Assembly (NCBI GenBank): GCA_038227875.1
Contig: JBBRPR010000012.1
Span: forward strand, 64,001 to 128,000
Direction: 5' to 3'
DNA: 64,000 nucleotides
DNA from: Planctomycetota bacterium
GTDB taxonomy: Bacteria > Planctomycetota > SZUA-567 > H5-PLA8
Shown: positions 9,852 through 19,374 of the stretch, one piece after another
How the letters are laid out: every line of letters starts with the position of its first letter
Numbering within the stretch: position 1 is the stretch's first letter
The notes under the pieces: model-generated
What the model was told of the DNA's origin: nothing
What the model saw: only the letters and a program-made list of their open reading frames with translations
Database searches by the model: none
Made by a program: the position numbers and the translations under genes

Positions 9852-11567
9852 TCAGAAGAGGAAGTACCGCTGCGTCAGCGGCAGCGATTTCGCCGGCTCG
9901 CACTTCAGGTGCACACCATCGGCAAAGACGCTGAACGATTCGGGATCGACGGTGATCTTCGGCGTCGCATCGTTGAGCTTCATGTCGCTCTTCTTGACCG
10001 TGCGGCAGCCGCGGACGGCAATGCACTCCTTTTGCAGGCCGTATTTCTGAACGACGTTGTCTTCGAGCGAACGCTGCGAAACAAACGCGAGACTCGTGCG
10101 CGGCGTGGCCCGGCCGAACGCGCCGAACATCGGGCGCATCAACACAGGCTGCGGCGTGGGGATGGAAGCGTTGGCGTCGCCCATCTGCGCCCACGCGATG
10201 AAGCCGCTCTTGAGGACCATCTCAGGTTTCGCGCCGAAGAAGGCGGGCTTCCAGAGGATCAAATCCGCTAGCTTGCCAACTTCGACGGAACCGATTTCAT
10301 GGCCGACGCCGTGGGCGAGGGCGGGGTTGATCGTGTACTTCGCGACGTAGCGGCGGATGCGCTGGTTGTCGTTCGCGCCTTGTTCGCCGGGCAGCCGGCC
10401 GCGCTGCTGGCGCATTTTGTGCGCTGTCTGCCACGTGCGAGTGACGACTTCGCCGACACGTCCCATCGCCTGGCTGTCGCTGGAGATCATGCTGATTGCG
10501 CCCAGGTCGTGGAGGATATCCTCGGCGGCGATGGTCTCGCCGCGGATGCGGCTTTCGGCGAAGGCAACGTCTTCAGTGATGTTCTTGTCGAGATGGTGGC
10601 AGACCATCAGCATGTCGAGGTGTTCGTCGAGCGTGTTGACGGTGAACGGACGCGTGGGATTCGTGGAACTGGGAAGAACATTGGGTTCGCTGCAGACTTT
10701 AATGATGTCGGGTGCGTGTCCGCCGCCGGCGCCTTCGGTGTGATAGGTGTGAATGGTGCGGCCCTTGAACGCGGCGATGGAATCGTCCACGAATCCAGAT
10801 TCGTTGAGCGTATCGGTGTGGATGGTGACTTGAACGTCGTGCTCGCCGGCGACGGTGAGGCAGCAGTCGATGGCGGCGGGTGTGGTCCCCCAATCTTCGT
10901 GGAGCTTCAAGCCGATCGCGCCGCCGCGAATTTGATCCAGCAGGCCGTGGGGCAGGGAGGTGTTGCCTTTTCCGGTGAAGCCGAAGTTCATCGGCAGGCC
11001 GTCGGTGGCTTGGAGCATCAATTCCAGATGGCGTGCGCCGGGCGTGCAGGTGGTGGCGTTGGTCCCGGTCGCCGGGCCGGTGCCGCCGCCGATAAAGGTG
11101 GTGACGCCGCTGGCCAGCGCTTCAAAAACCTGCTGCGGACAAATGTAGTGAATGTGCGAATCGATGCCGCCAGCGGTGATGATGTGGCCTTCGCCAGCGA
11201 TGACTTCGGTGGTGACGCCGACGATCATGCCCGGCGCGACGCCGGCCATGACGTCGGGGTTACCGGCTTTGCCGATGCCGTGGATGCGTCCATTTTTGAT
11301 ACCGATGTCGGCTTTGTAAATGCCGGACCAGTCGACGATCAGCGCGTTGGTGATGACACAGTCCAGCGCATCGGCCTGCGACACGCCGGAGGCTTGGCCC
11401 ATGCCGTCGCGGAGGACTTTGCCGCCGCCGAATTTGCATTCGTCGCCGTAGACGGTGTGATCGCGTTCGACTTGGGCGATCAGACCGGTATCGCCGAGCC
11501 GCACGGTGTCGCCAGTCGTCGGTCCGAAGATGTCCGCGTACTGATTGCGTTTGATGGAGAGACTCAT
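9852..11567 (-). CDS. ureC: Urease alpha (catalytic) subunit
   Basis: [47 protein letters not shown]; ends QRYFLF. Confidence 0.98.
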   Translation of the reverse strand: MSLSIKRNQYADIFGPTTGDTVRLGDTGLIAQVERDHTVYGDECKFGGGKVLRDGMGQASGVSQADALDCVITNALIVDWSGIYKADIGIKNGRIHGIGKAGNPDVMAGVAPGMIVGVTTEVIAGEGHIITAGGIDSHIHYICPQQVFEALASGVTTFIGGGTGPATGTNATTCTPGARHLELMLQATDGLPMNFGFTGKGNTSLPHGLLDQIRGGAIGLKLHEDWGTTPAAIDCCLTVAGEHDVQVTIHTDTLNESGFVDDSIAAFKGRTIHTYHTEGAGGGHAPDIIKVCSEPNVLPSSTNPTRPFTVNTLDEHLDMLMVCHHLDKNITEDVAFAESRIRGETIAAEDILHDLGAISMISSDSQAMGRVGEVVTRTWQTAHKMRQQRGRLPGEQGANDNQRIRRYVAKYTINPALAHGVGHEIGSVEVGKLADLILWKPAFFGAKPEMVLKSGFIAWAQMGDANASIPTPQPVLMRPMFGAFGRATPRTSLAFVSQRSLEDNVVQKYGLQKECIAVRGCRTVKKSDMKLNDATPKITVDPESFSVFADGVHLKCEPAKSLPLTQRYFLF

Positions 11568-12358
11568 GCGGCACCTCCTGCTTTCGGCGGTTCCGGTTCG
11601 TGGCCAAATCCCCGCGACGCGACGGCGGCCATCGCCTTCGCCTGATTTTCAATACTGACCGGACCATCCGCGACGGCGTTGCCACCATGGATGACGCGAT
11701 TGCCGGCGATGGCGCAAAGTTGGACAGTTTTGGATTCGCCGGGATCGAAACGGACGGCGGTGCCGGCGGGAATGTCGAGCCGCTTGCCGTAGGCACGGGT
11801 GCGATCAAAGCTCAGTGCGCGGTTGGTTTCAATGAAATGGTAATGGCTCCCCACTTGGATTGGGCGGTCGCCACGGTTGGTGACTTTCAGCACGGCAACG
11901 TCGCGGCCGGCGTTGAGTTCGATCTCGCCGGCGGCCGTAGCGACTTCGCCGGGGCTGACCGATTCCGGCGCGTTTACACGCTGAGCGGCGAAGGCTTCGG
12001 GCTTGGGCACGGGCAGGAAACTGCCGTACAGCGCCAGCGCGAGATTGCCGTGCTCGGCGACGATGGGCGTGTGGACGGTGACCAATTTCGAGCCGTCGGG
12101 AAACGTGCCTTCGATCTGGACTTCGTGGATCAGATCGGGAATGCCGTCGAGCACTTCGGCGCGGCCGAGCAACTGGCGGCCCAGGTCCATGAGCTCCGCG
12201 ACCGATTTGCCTTCGCGGATGAATTCGAGCATCTGCGTGGCGATCAGCGCGACGGCTTCGGGATGATTCAAGCGCAGGCCGCGCGCGAGGCGTTTTTGCG
12301 CGAGGAAGCCGGCTTGATGGAGCACCAATTTATCGAGTTCGTGCGGCGTTAAGTGCAT
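11564..12358 (-). CDS. ureAB: Fused urease gamma-beta subunit
   Basis: Gamma part: [10 protein letters not shown]...GLRLNHPEA...[14 protein letters not shown]. Beta part: [15 protein letters not shown]...[15 protein letters not shown]. Confidence 0.96.
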   Translation of the reverse strand: MHLTPHELDKLVLHQAGFLAQKRLARGLRLNHPEAVALIATQMLEFIREGKSVAELMDLGRQLLGRAEVLDGIPDLIHEVQIEGTFPDGSKLVTVHTPIVAEHGNLALALYGSFLPVPKPEAFAAQRVNAPESVSPGEVATAAGEIELNAGRDVAVLKVTNRGDRPIQVGSHYHFIETNRALSFDRTRAYGKRLDIPAGTAVRFDPGESKTVQLCAIAGNRVIHGGNAVADGPVSIENQAKAMAAVASRGFGHEPEPPKAGGAA

Positions 12359-12371
12359 GAGCTGTCCTCGA

Positions 12372-13220
12372 TCACCATTTTCTCGACCACGGATTGTCGC
12401 CTAAAAGCGTGGGCACAAAGCTTAAAGTGGCGTGAATATTTCGCCCAACTTCTTCCACGGAAGATCCCAGAATGCGCAGCAGCGTGCCGGAATTCCTGAG
12501 CGGACTGGCGGTGCAGAGCAGATCGGCATTGCGCTTTAGTGGCGCCGCGGCGAGCGCGGCCTGAATGTCGGCTCCGAATTGCGCCAAACGCGGGCCGCAG
12601 AGGACAATCGACGCGAACGAATTGAAGCGGCGCAGCCGGCTGGCGATCGGGCCCTGCTCGGGGTTGAGGCGGAGGACGTCGTGGAGAATCTCGTCGCCAT
12701 GCTGTTCGATCGTCGTTTTGTTTTCGTAATGACGGAAAGCCCAGCGTTCGCCCATCGCGACACGCCCAGCCGACAGCCAATCGACGAAAACCAGATTGGC
12801 ATCCCCGGCGAGCGAAAAATGCTGAGTCTGAGAGAATTGTGAGTCGGCGAAACAGACCAGCGGGTCGGGAGCGATGATCAGTAACCCGCCGGAGTCAACG
12901 GTGGCGTGCAGCGCTTGCGAGGTTGCCAATTCCGAGCGGTAAACCTTGGTCGACGATTGCGTCGAGTAGAAAGCCGTGGCATGTGCGTCGACCTTAATCT
13001 GAACATCAAGGGTATCGCCGCCGACAAGTCCGCCGCCATATGTACTGGAATAAACCCAAGCCCCGCAGCCGTGGTTGCGCGGGTGGAGAAACTTCAGGGG
13101 ATTTTGCGCGAATTGGCGTTGCAGTACTGTGCCCGTTTCAGTGCGCAAAAATTGCAGCACACCGCGACCGGGCTTGGAATTGAACTGCGGAATTAAATAT
13201 TGCGGCGCAGCAGATTCCAT
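12372..13220 (-). CDS. ureD: Urease accessory protein UreD
   Basis: [35 protein letters not shown]; start placed at ATG 13220. Confidence 0.92.
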   Translation of the reverse strand: MESAAPQYLIPQFNSKPGRGVLQFLRTETGTVLQRQFAQNPLKFLHPRNHGCGAWVYSSTYGGGLVGGDTLDVQIKVDAHATAFYSTQSSTKVYRSELATSQALHATVDSGGLLIIAPDPLVCFADSQFSQTQHFSLAGDANLVFVDWLSAGRVAMGERWAFRHYENKTTIEQHGDEILHDVLRLNPEQGPIASRLRRFNSFASIVLCGPRLAQFGADIQAALAAAPLKRNADLLCTASPLRNSGTLLRILGSSVEEVGRNIHATLSFVPTLLGDNPWSRKW

Positions 13221-13278
13221 CTTGTTGCCGGTGAAAAAGCGTGCGCTGAGAGAGGCGTCCACGAAAAATTCTTCCCGA

Positions 13279-13977
13279 TTAGACGCTAAGGTGTTCTTTG
13301 ATCGAATGCAGTTCCAGGGACGCGGTCAGTCCGCCTGTCACGATGCGTCCGCGATTCATGATGACATAACTGTCGCCGAATTCTTTGACAAAATCGACGT
13401 ACTGTTCCACCAGGACGATGGCCATGTCGCCGCGCTTGCTGAGCTTGCGCAGCACTTCGCCGATCTGCGTGATGATCGACGGCTGAATGCCTTCGGTCGG
13501 TTCGTCGAGTAGCAGCACACCGGGATTTCCCGCCAGCGCGCGGCCGATCGCCAGTTGCTGCTGCTGACCGCCGGAAAGATCGCCGCCCATGCGCCCGCGC
13601 ATCTGGTGGAGCACGGGGAAGAGTTCGAAGATTTCATCCGGAATCTTTTTCACGCCGTCTTCGCGCGCCTGCAATCCGACGCGGAGATTTTCTTCGACGG
13701 TCATGCGCGGGAAAATCTCGCGGCCCTGCGGCACGAGATTGACGCCGAGCTTCGCGCGCGTGTATGGCGGCAATTGCGAGATCTCTTTTCCCGCCAGCAG
13801 GATGCTGCCGGCCGCGGGCTTCAAGGTACCCATGATGTTGCGCAGCAGCGTGGTCTTGCCGACGCCATTGCGGCCCATGATGCAGGTGACCTTGCCCAGT
13901 TCGATGTCGAGCGTGATGCCGTAGAGAATCTGCGCTTCTCCGTAGGCGAAATCGAGTTTGTTGATGCTTAAGATCAT
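13279..13977 (-). CDS. urtE: Urea ABC transporter ATPase UrtE
   Basis: GRNGVGKT, LSGGQQQQLAIGRAL, LLLDEPTEGIQP. Confidence 0.95.
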   Translation of the reverse strand: MILSINKLDFAYGEAQILYGITLDIELGKVTCIMGRNGVGKTTLLRNIMGTLKPAAGSILLAGKEISQLPPYTRAKLGVNLVPQGREIFPRMTVEENLRVGLQAREDGVKKIPDEIFELFPVLHQMRGRMGGDLSGGQQQQLAIGRALAGNPGVLLLDEPTEGIQPSIITQIGEVLRKLSKRGDMAIVLVEQYVDFVKEFGDSYVIMNRGRIVTGGLTASLELHSIKEHLSV

Positions 13978-13980
13978 GCG

Positions 13981-14724
13981 TTAGCGGCCCAAGTACGCTT
14001 CGATGACGCGCGGATCGGCTTGCACGGTGGCCAGCGGTCCTTCGCAGAGGAGCTTGCCTTCGCAGAGCACAGTGACCTTGGTACTGATCTGGCGCACAAA
14101 TTCCATGTCGTGTTCGATCACGATGATGGTGTGTTGTCCGGCGAGTTCCAGCAGCAATTCGCCGGTGAGGCGCGTTTCTTCGTCGCTCAATCCCGCGGCC
14201 GGTTCGTCAACCAGCAGCAGCTTGGGGCTCTGCAGGATCAGCATGCTGATCTCGAGCCATTGGCGCTGACCGTGGCTGAGATGTTTGGCGGCAATGTTCG
14301 CTTCGCCTCCGAGCCCGACGCGTTCCAGCAACTGCATGATGCGGTTGTGCTGATCGCCTTTGATTTTCGCTCTGAGGGTGTGAAGCGTGCCGCGTTCGCC
14401 GGGGAGTGCGAGTTCCATGTTTTCGTAGACCGAAAGACTGTCGAAAACAGTGGGCGTCTGAAATTTACGGCCGACGCCGAGCGCGCCGATGGAATCTTCC
14501 GGCAGCTTGGAGATTTCGCGGCCCTGAAAGTAGACGAGCCCTTCGGTCGGCTTGGTTTTGCCGCTGATGACGTCACAGAGCGTGGTCTTGCCGGCTCCAT
14601 TGGGGCCGATGACGACGCGCAATTCGTTCTCGGCAACGGAGAATTCTTCGATGTCGAGCGCTTTAAAGCCGTCGAAGAGGACTTTTACTTTTTCCAGACG
14701 GATCATGCTGTCGGTGGCGCTCAT
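13981..14724 (-). CDS. urtD: Urea ABC transporter ATPase UrtD
   Basis: FDGFKAL, GPNGAGKT, GRKFQTP, LSHGQRQWLEI, VIEAYLGR. Confidence 0.95.
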   Translation of the reverse strand: MSATDSMIRLEKVKVLFDGFKALDIEEFSVAENELRVVIGPNGAGKTTLCDVISGKTKPTEGLVYFQGREISKLPEDSIGALGVGRKFQTPTVFDSLSVYENMELALPGERGTLHTLRAKIKGDQHNRIMQLLERVGLGGEANIAAKHLSHGQRQWLEISMLILQSPKLLLVDEPAAGLSDEETRLTGELLLELAGQHTIIVIEHDMEFVRQISTKVTVLCEGKLLCEGPLATVQADPRVIEAYLGR

Positions 14725-15956
14725 GCTTTGACTCCTTGCGCCTTAGATTCCACCGCTGAAGCGGGAGGAGTGGCGGTGGGCGGGAGCGTTGATGCGGACT
14801 TGGCTTCTTTCACGTCGGGGAAATATTTCTTCCAGAGTCCGACAAGGCCGTCGGGCATGAAAAGCACCACGCCGAGGAAGAGCAGACCGAGCACAAACTG
14901 CCAGCCCTTGGGGCCGAGCAGAAGTTCCAGTGTTTTCTGCATGAACGAGGCGTCGTTCGCGCCGACGTTCGAGTAGATCTGATTGTAGATCGTGCCGCTG
15001 GTGAGAATCGAATAGAGGTAGTTGACGACCACCGAGCCGAGGATGGCCCCGGAAAGCGTGCAGCGTCCGCCGACGGCGACGAGCACTACCAGGAAGATGG
15101 ACTTGTCCGGCTCCATGTTGAACGGCGTGATGATGCCCGTCTGCGGGGTGTAGAGCATGCCGCCGATGCCGGCGATCGCGGCGGCGAGCGTGAAGACGGA
15201 AAGTTTGTAGAAGAGAGGCTTGTAGCCCAGAGCTCGGAGGCGCCCTTCGTTGTCGCGAATGGCGGCGAGGACACGGCCGAAGCGGGAATTCACGAGCGCG
15301 CGGCACAGTAGGTAGAGCGCGGCGAGCACGAGCACTGTCAACAGGTAGAGTCCCAACTTTACGCCGGGTTTGGTGAGATCGAATCCGCCCAGCGTGACGA
15401 AGTTGGTCAGGCCGTTGGTGCCGCACAGCCGCAGTTCGTTGCGGCGGAAGAGGAGACAGACGCCGAGCGTGGTGGCCTGCGTGATGATCGAGAAATACAC
15501 GCCTTTGACGCGGCTGCGGAAGGCGAAAAATCCGAAGATGAACGCAAAGAGTCCTGGCACGAACATCGCGAGGAGGATCGCCACGGGCAGCGTTTGAAAG
15601 GGCTCCCAGAACGCGGGCAGTTTGAAGCCGCTGACATCGGACGTCACGACGAACAGGCTGCGCGGGATGCCTTCGCCGTCGAGCGGGCCGTGCAGGGCCA
15701 TGTGCATGCCGATGGCGTAACCGCCGAGTGTGAAAAACATGGCTTGGCAGAGCGTCAGAATGCCGGTGTAGCCCCAGACCAGATCGATGCCGATGGCGAC
15801 GATGGCGAAACAGAGAAATCGGCCGAGCTGGTTGACAGTTTCGATGCTCAGCACGTTCGCGGCGTAAAGCGCCGGAACGACTACCATCGCCAGCACCAGA
15901 CCGAAAATCGGCGCGTTCGCGGCCCAGCGGTTGGAGGGACCGGGGGCGTTAGACAT
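14721..15956 (-). CDS. urtC: Urea ABC transporter permease UrtC
   Basis: DLVWGYTGIL, FRSRVKGVYFSIITQA, GTNGLT, AIRDNE. Confidence 0.93.
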   Translation of the reverse strand: MSNAPGPSNRWAANAPIFGLVLAMVVVPALYAANVLSIETVNQLGRFLCFAIVAIGIDLVWGYTGILTLCQAMFFTLGGYAIGMHMALHGPLDGEGIPRSLFVVTSDVSGFKLPAFWEPFQTLPVAILLAMFVPGLFAFIFGFFAFRSRVKGVYFSIITQATTLGVCLLFRRNELRLCGTNGLTNFVTLGGFDLTKPGVKLGLYLLTVLVLAALYLLCRALVNSRFGRVLAAIRDNEGRLRALGYKPLFYKLSVFTLAAAIAGIGGMLYTPQTGIITPFNMEPDKSIFLVVLVAVGGRCTLSGAILGSVVVNYLYSILTSGTIYNQIYSNVGANDASFMQKTLELLLGPKGWQFVLGLLFLGVVLFMPDGLVGLWKKYFPDVKEAKSASTLPPTATPPASAVESKAQGVKA

Positions 15957-17652
15957 CGGCGTGTCTGCCTTTCGCCGGGAAGAAGCCAGACGGCCGCCAC
16001 TGAATAAAGACGACGACGAAGAGCAAGATCAGCACTTTTGCCCAGACGGCCTGGAATAGCGGTTCAAGCACCTTGTTGAGGCAACCCAGCGTCATGCCTG
16101 CCCAGATCGCACCAGCCAGTTTTCCAACACCGCCGGTGACGACAACCATGAACGAGTCGACGATGTAATTCTGGCCCATGTCCGGTGTGACGCCGCCGAT
16201 TTGAGTCAGCGCGCAACCGGCCAGACCGGCGAGCCCCGCACCGAGCGCGAACGTGTAGCCATCGATTTTTCGCGTCTGCACGCCCAGCGCGGCGGCCATG
16301 TTGCGATTCTGAGTGGTCGCGCGCAGCAGCAGCCCCAAGTTGGTTTTTCCAATGATCAAGTACATGCCCACAATGCAGACGATACAGAACGCGATGATGA
16401 AGATTCGATTGTACGGAAGGACGACGCCTTGCACGATCTCCGCGCCGCCCTGCAGCCACGTCGGGCTGTTGACAGCGATGTTGTCGCCGAATTGCAGGCG
16501 CACGAGCTGGATCAGGATCAGACTTATGCCGTACGTGGCGAGCAACGTTTCCAGGGGCCGACCGTAAAGGTGGCGGATAATCAGCCGCTCCATCAGGTAG
16601 CCGACCAACGCGGACGCGAGAAACGAAATCGGGATCGCGAGCACGAAATACCAATTGAACGCGCTGGCCGGAAGCCAGTGGTTGGCCATCGCCGCTTCGA
16701 AACCGCGCTGCGTGAGGTACGTGGCGTAGGCACCGATCATCATCAATTCGCCGTGAGCCATGTTGATCACGCCCATCAGGCCGAAAATGATCGAGAGGCC
16801 CAGCGCCATCAGCACGAGAATCGATCCCAGCGACAGGCCGCTGAATACGTAGGAAACACCGCGGCCGAAGGATTCGTGACTTTCGATCGTGGCGACGGCG
16901 TCGTCAATGGGCTTCTGAAGCTGCGTAAGCTTGGTGCTTTTCTTCAGGTCCTTGAGTTTCGAGAGCGCGCGGCCGGACGTGAGCTGTCCGAGCTTCGCGA
17001 TCGCTTTCTCGAGCTCCTCGGGCTTGGATTCGGGATCGGAGAGTTGGAGCAGCGCGATGCTTTCTTCGATAGCCGTGCGCACCTTCGCGTTCTGCTCCAG
17101 TTCCAGGCGCGCTTTGAGCGCGGGAATCAGATTGGTGTTGTCACCGTCGCCGACTTTCACCACGGCGTTCAAGCGCGCATCGGTGTCGGCATCGCTGAGG
17201 CGCAGACGCACGATGGCGTCTTTCACCGCGATGCGTTCGCGGTTGGAGACATCGACTTCTTTCAGCGCGCTTTTGAGGATCAATCCTTCCGGCGCGGCGT
17301 CCTTGTCCACGATGACTTCTCGCGTGAACGGATGGAGCAGTTTGACGCGCTTGGTTTCTTTCGTTTCTTTGGGATCGCCGGTTTCTTCGCCGATGACGAT
17401 TTGGCCTTTGAACAGGTAGGCGTTGCCCTTGGAGTAGTCTTCGAAAAATGCGATGAGCCGGCTGTCGCCGCTGGCGGCAAGCGCGTTGATCGCGGCCTTT
17501 TTGATCTTGGCGGAATCGTCGGTCAACTCGAGGAGTTTGGCGGAAAGATCCGGCGCCGCTTCAGGAGTTGCGGCCTGGAGGGCACTGGCGCCACAGACAG
17601 TCGCGAACAGTACGGCCAGCGCGGTAAGAGTTGAAAATCGGAAGGGCAACAA
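15949..17652 (-). CDS. urtB: Urea ABC transporter permease UrtB with N-terminal periplasmic HEAT-like domain
   Basis: GLSLGSILVLMALGL..FGLMGVINMAHGE, LYGRPLETLLAT, YIVDSFMVVV; signal peptide plus helical N-terminal region. Confidence 0.92.
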   Translation of the reverse strand: MLPFRFSTLTALAVLFATVCGASALQAATPEAAPDLSAKLLELTDDSAKIKKAAINALAASGDSRLIAFFEDYSKGNAYLFKGQIVIGEETGDPKETKETKRVKLLHPFTREVIVDKDAAPEGLILKSALKEVDVSNRERIAVKDAIVRLRLSDADTDARLNAVVKVGDGDNTNLIPALKARLELEQNAKVRTAIEESIALLQLSDPESKPEELEKAIAKLGQLTSGRALSKLKDLKKSTKLTQLQKPIDDAVATIESHESFGRGVSYVFSGLSLGSILVLMALGLSIIFGLMGVINMAHGELMMIGAYATYLTQRGFEAAMANHWLPASAFNWYFVLAIPISFLASALVGYLMERLIIRHLYGRPLETLLATYGISLILIQLVRLQFGDNIAVNSPTWLQGGAEIVQGVVLPYNRIFIIAFCIVCIVGMYLIIGKTNLGLLLRATTQNRNMAAALGVQTRKIDGYTFALGAGLAGLAGCALTQIGGVTPDMGQNYIVDSFMVVVTGGVGKLAGAIWAGMTLGCLNKVLEPLFQAVWAKVLILLFVVVFIQWRPSGFFPAKGRHADV

Positions 17653-17675
17653 GGAATTCCTTTGGCGTTTAGAGT

Positions 17676-17710
17676 GAATCCCGGCCGCTTGACAGCAGCG
17701 GCCGGGATTC
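17676..17710. other. Perfect 14-bp stem-loop between urtA and urtB (probable mRNA stabiliser or partial terminator)
   Basis: GAATCCCGGCCGCT-TGACAGC-AGCGGCCGGGATTC. Confidence 0.7.
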
Positions 17711-17734
17711 TCTGCGGACGTTGTTCGCTAAAAT

Positions 17735-19000
17735 TTACTTCTTGGGACCGCCGGTGGGCGCGGGGATCTTGGAAGCATCCGGCCACAGGTACGAGCTGTA
17801 CGAGTCGGGCTTGACGAGTCCCTTGGACTTCCAGACGATCTTGAACTGGCCGTCTTTCAGGATTTCGCCGACGTAGACCGGCTTCAACGTGTGCTGATTC
17901 TTGTCGTCCATCTTCTTCTTGCCGCCCGGAGCATCGAACTCCAGACCGTAGACTGCGGCGCGAACTTTGTCGACTTCGAAGCTCTTGGCCTTTTCGCAGG
18001 CCGCCTTCCACACGTACACGCCATAGTACGCGGCTTCGATCGGGTCGTCGGTCACGCGGTCCTTGCCGCCGGGCAAGTTGTTCTTGGCGCAGAACGCCTT
18101 GAACGCTTCGACGAAGGCTTTGTTTTCCGGCGTGTCGATCGACATGTAATAGTTCCAGCAGGCGAGATGCCCGACCAGAGGCGGTACGTCCATCGCGCGG
18201 AGTTCGTCTTCAGCGACCGAGAACGCCATGATCGGGCAGTCAGCGCTGGTCAGTCCCTGATTGGCGAATTCCTTGTAGAATGGCACGTTGCTGTCGCCGT
18301 TGATCGTGGAGAGGACGCAGGCCTTGCCACCCTTGGCGAACGCCTTGATCTTGCCGACGATCGTCTGGTAGTCCTGATGATGGAACGGCGTGTACTCTTC
18401 GAGCACGTTTTCGTCCGGCACGCCTTTGCTCTTCAAGAATGCCTTCAGCACCTTGTTGGCCGTGCGCGGGAAGACGTAGTCGGTACCCAGCAGGTAGAAC
18501 TTTTTGTAGCTGCCGCCATCTTCGCTCATCATGTATTCAGCGGCAGGCACGAGCTGCTGGTTGGGTGAGGCCGCGGTGTAGAAGACGTTGAGCGACTGTT
18601 CTTCACCTTCGTACTGCACGGGGTAGAAGAGCAATGCGTTATTGGATTCGAACACCGGCAGCACGGACTTGCGGCTAACCGACGTCCAGCATCCAAACGT
18701 CACAGCGACCTTGTCCTGATTGATCAACTGCTTGGCTTTTTCAGCGAACAAATCCCAATTGCTGGCCGGATCGACCACGACGGGTTTGATCTGCTTGCCG
18801 AGCACGCCGCCCTTGGCGTTGATTTCATCGACGGCCATCAACACAACGTCCTTGAGGGACGTTTCGGAGATCGCCATCGTTCCGCTGAGCGAATGCAGAA
18901 TGCCGATCTTTACGGGTTCGTCTTCCGCGCGAGCAACACCCAGTGTCGTCACAGCCAGTGCCAACACCAATGCCAACATCGCCCTGCAATTTACTCTCAT
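17735..19000 (-). CDS. urtA: Urea ABC transporter substrate-binding protein UrtA
   Basis: GILHSLSGTMAISE, FGCWTSVSRK, FYPVQYEG, GTDYVFPR; strong AAGGAGG upstream of ATG 19000. Confidence 0.96.
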   Translation of the reverse strand: MRVNCRAMLALVLALAVTTLGVARAEDEPVKIGILHSLSGTMAISETSLKDVVLMAVDEINAKGGVLGKQIKPVVVDPASNWDLFAEKAKQLINQDKVAVTFGCWTSVSRKSVLPVFESNNALLFYPVQYEGEEQSLNVFYTAASPNQQLVPAAEYMMSEDGGSYKKFYLLGTDYVFPRTANKVLKAFLKSKGVPDENVLEEYTPFHHQDYQTIVGKIKAFAKGGKACVLSTINGDSNVPFYKEFANQGLTSADCPIMAFSVAEDELRAMDVPPLVGHLACWNYYMSIDTPENKAFVEAFKAFCAKNNLPGGKDRVTDDPIEAAYYGVYVWKAACEKAKSFEVDKVRAAVYGLEFDAPGGKKKMDDKNQHTLKPVYVGEILKDGQFKIVWKSKGLVKPDSYSSYLWPDASKIPAPTGGPKK

Positions 19001-19202
19001 CCTGTCCTCCTTAATTGGTACATCACCCCCGCGGATGCGTCCCTCATGATTGTCCTGCGCCACTGGTTTCATTGGACATCCCGTGAATGACGCCGATCAC
19101 AGGAGCCAGTGTTTGTTATTGAACAGTGCCTTGATCAACTGTAAGCAACGTGAGCACGACTCTTCTCACAGGTGATCATGTGCGTGTTGTGCTAATGAAC
19201 GA

Positions 19203-19218
19203 AGCACAAACTGAGCCA
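19203..19218 (-). promoter_or_regulatory. Putative sigma54 (-24/-12) promoter of urtA
   Basis: Minus strand TGGCTCAGTTTGTGCT: GG-N10-GC with TGGC start. Confidence 0.6.
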
Positions 19219-19290
19219 TCTGGACGTGATCTTGGGAAGTGCCATGCGTGGCCGAGACGAGCGTTTGCCGTGTGTCAGAACTGATGCGAG

Positions 19291-19328
19291 AAAACAAAAA
19301 AGCCGGGTGGTCGCGGGCCCACCCGGCT
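19291..19328 (-). terminator. Intrinsic terminator after the porin gene
   Basis: 10-bp stem AGCCGGGTGG/CCACCCGGCT followed on the minus strand by TTTTTGTTTT. Confidence 0.85.
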
Positions 19329-19374
19329 CTTCCAAGTTTGACGGCGGACGAAAACTTCCGCGTCTAACTTGTTT

